A DNA stretch of 55,690 nt from positions 1 to 55,690 of IMG/VR virus record IMGVR_UViG_3300049259_000141; one strand, written 5' to 3'. The DNA is from a virus (lineage: Duplodnaviria > Caudoviricetes). Every line of letters starts with the position of its first letter. The first letter of the stretch is position 1. Positions 54,470 to 55,690 of the stretch are shown here, piece by piece. A model generated the notes under the pieces. That model searched no databases. It saw only the letters and a program-made list of their open reading frames with translations, and was not told the DNA's origin. Position numbers and translations under genes: made by a program.

Positions 54470-55690
54470 TCACGACGACGCTAGCAGAAGGTCCACCGTC
54501 TCGGACGCGCTGCCTTCTGGTGGCGTGATCGTCCAACCATACACGCGCACCAGCGACTCGAAGTAGCCCGACGAAGTGTAGTAGTCGGGTGGCCACGTGG
54601 CGTCGTTGGTGGCGAAGATCATCTGATCACCGATGACATACGAGCTATAATAGGGAAACAGGTCCCCCCGAATCTTCAGGTTCGCAATGAAAGCCTGATT
54701 GCTCAGTGACTGATACATCTGCTGGTAGCACTGATCGTTCAGGGTGCCAACGTCAGACACGTCGGGGTTCGAGAATCGTCCCTCGGTCTGCATGAAACCG
54801 AGATTCCATTCGTTGATACCGTTCGGGGTGTACTGAACCTGCGTTTTCACCTGCAAGTCCGAATAACCACTGCCGCGACCCCACACGATATTCGTCACAT
54901 TTGACGCGTCGTTCTGCGGCGTGAACGACAGCACGTTCCCCGTTCCGTTCGTGTCGAACAGCAGGCGCGGCACCGGCTGAAGCTGGCCGATCTGACGGCC
55001 GAGCTTCGGGAACCCCAGCACGAACTGACACCGGAACGACTGTGCTGACTCGCCGTCCGTACCGGACAGCACCCGCGTGGTGGTGGTCCACTCATACGGG
55101 TTGGTGGCCAGCTGCGAACGGTCCTGGTGCGCGGACAGGAGATTAGTCTCCTGACCGTCCACGTAGGAGAAGGTGCGCGCCACACCGGTGGGGACCGTCG
55201 GCGGGTCAACGTTGATCCAGCCCGTGTTCGGGTTGGCCCCGAGGGGAATCTTCGACCACACGGCCGGGTTGAGCAGGTCGGCGGCGATCTGCTGTTGGTC
55301 GATGCCGTTCCACGTGATGGCCTGCGTGATCAGCCTGCGGGCCCACAGGCCGGGCACCGTGACGGCGGTGATCTTCATGCGGCCAGTGGCCGGCTCGGTT
55401 GGCGCGGCCACCACCCAGTAGTGCTCGACCCATGAGGTGCCCCACGTGGCCGTGGCCGGGTCCTGCGTGCTGCGCACGGCCACGATGCCCGTCATCCGGG
55501 GAACGATCTTGTCCCACGGATACAGGGCCCGCACGGACGGGTCGCTCAGCTGAAGCGAGCCCTTCAGCTGGCCGACGGCGCGCATGCCGACGGAGCACTG
55601 CACCCCGCCGAGCGGCAGTGGCGCGTTGCCGAGCACCGTCGGGTCGCCGTTGACGTAGTTGACCGGCCAGTAGGTCCACCGGACGTTGAG
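54470..55690 (-). CDS. minor tail / baseplate hub-like protein (5' end continues at 1-66)
   Basis: Frame is open to the window end. 'GLWARRLI...DQQQIAADLL...LGFPKLGR...YVIGD' is typical of actinophage gp37-like tail proteins. Confidence 0.75.
   Translation of the reverse strand, partial: LNVRWTYWPVNYVNGDPTVLGNAPLPLGGVQCSVGMRAVGQLKGSLQLSDPSVRALYPWDKIVPRMTGIVAVRSTQDPATATWGTSWVEHYWVVAAPTEPATGRMKITAVTVPGLWARRLITQAITWNGIDQQQIAADLLNPAVWSKIPLGANPNTGWINVDPPTVPTGVARTFSYVDGQETNLLSAHQDRSQLATNPYEWTTTTRVLSGTDGESAQSFRCQFVLGFPKLGRQIGQLQPVPRLLFDTNGTGNVLSFTPQNDASNVTNIVWGRGSGYSDLQVKTQVQYTPNGINEWNLGFMQTEGRFSNPDVSDVGTLNDQCYQQMYQSLSNQAFIANLKIRGDLFPYYSSYVIGDQMIFATNDATWPPDYYTSSGYFESLVRVYGWTITPPEGSASETVDLLLASS

Noticed and set aside
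1-55690. Integrase/attP, DNA polymerase, reverse transcriptase/DGR, DNA modification cluster, intein
   Set aside because: No recognisable catalytic motifs in any translated ORF; remote homologues cannot be excluded without HMM searches.

Overview
This window looks like the complete (or nearly complete) circular or circularly permuted genome of a high-GC actinobacterial siphophage. The first and last 9 nt (GACGTTGAG) are identical, and joining them restores one tail gene in frame. The minus strand carries a tail module (1-9.1 kb and 53.7-55.7 kb) and a head module: hexamer/pentamer-type capsid pair, multi-domain maturation protease, portal-MuF fusion (9.1-19.2 kb). It then has about 17 kb of small accessory genes, terminase, RusA, a tail-fibre-like gene, GH25 endolysin, DnaB and a replication initiator (36-45 kb). 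A plus-strand block encodes an HTH/RHH regulator, ERF, SSB and an Acb2/Tad1-like protein (45-52 kb), followed by a minus-strand holin/membrane cassette (52-53.6 kb). I recognised no integrase, DNA polymerase, reverse transcriptase or CRISPR array. The most unusual signals are: (1) a ~890-nt promoter-to-terminator unit with no credible ORF, many helices and two tRNA-like modules with broken anticodon arms; (2) a 1.7-kb block bounded by a perfect 22-bp inverted repeat and holding four single-gene cassettes whose -35 boxes sit at the centre of palindromes with different arms; (3) about 16 copies of an extended GTTGACACCC promoter; (4) a 2H-phosphoesterase domain inside the capsid protease plus an Acb2/Tad1-like sponge candidate; (5) an SD-sequestering leader on the major capsid gene. 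All protein family calls come from motif recognition by eye, not from database searches.
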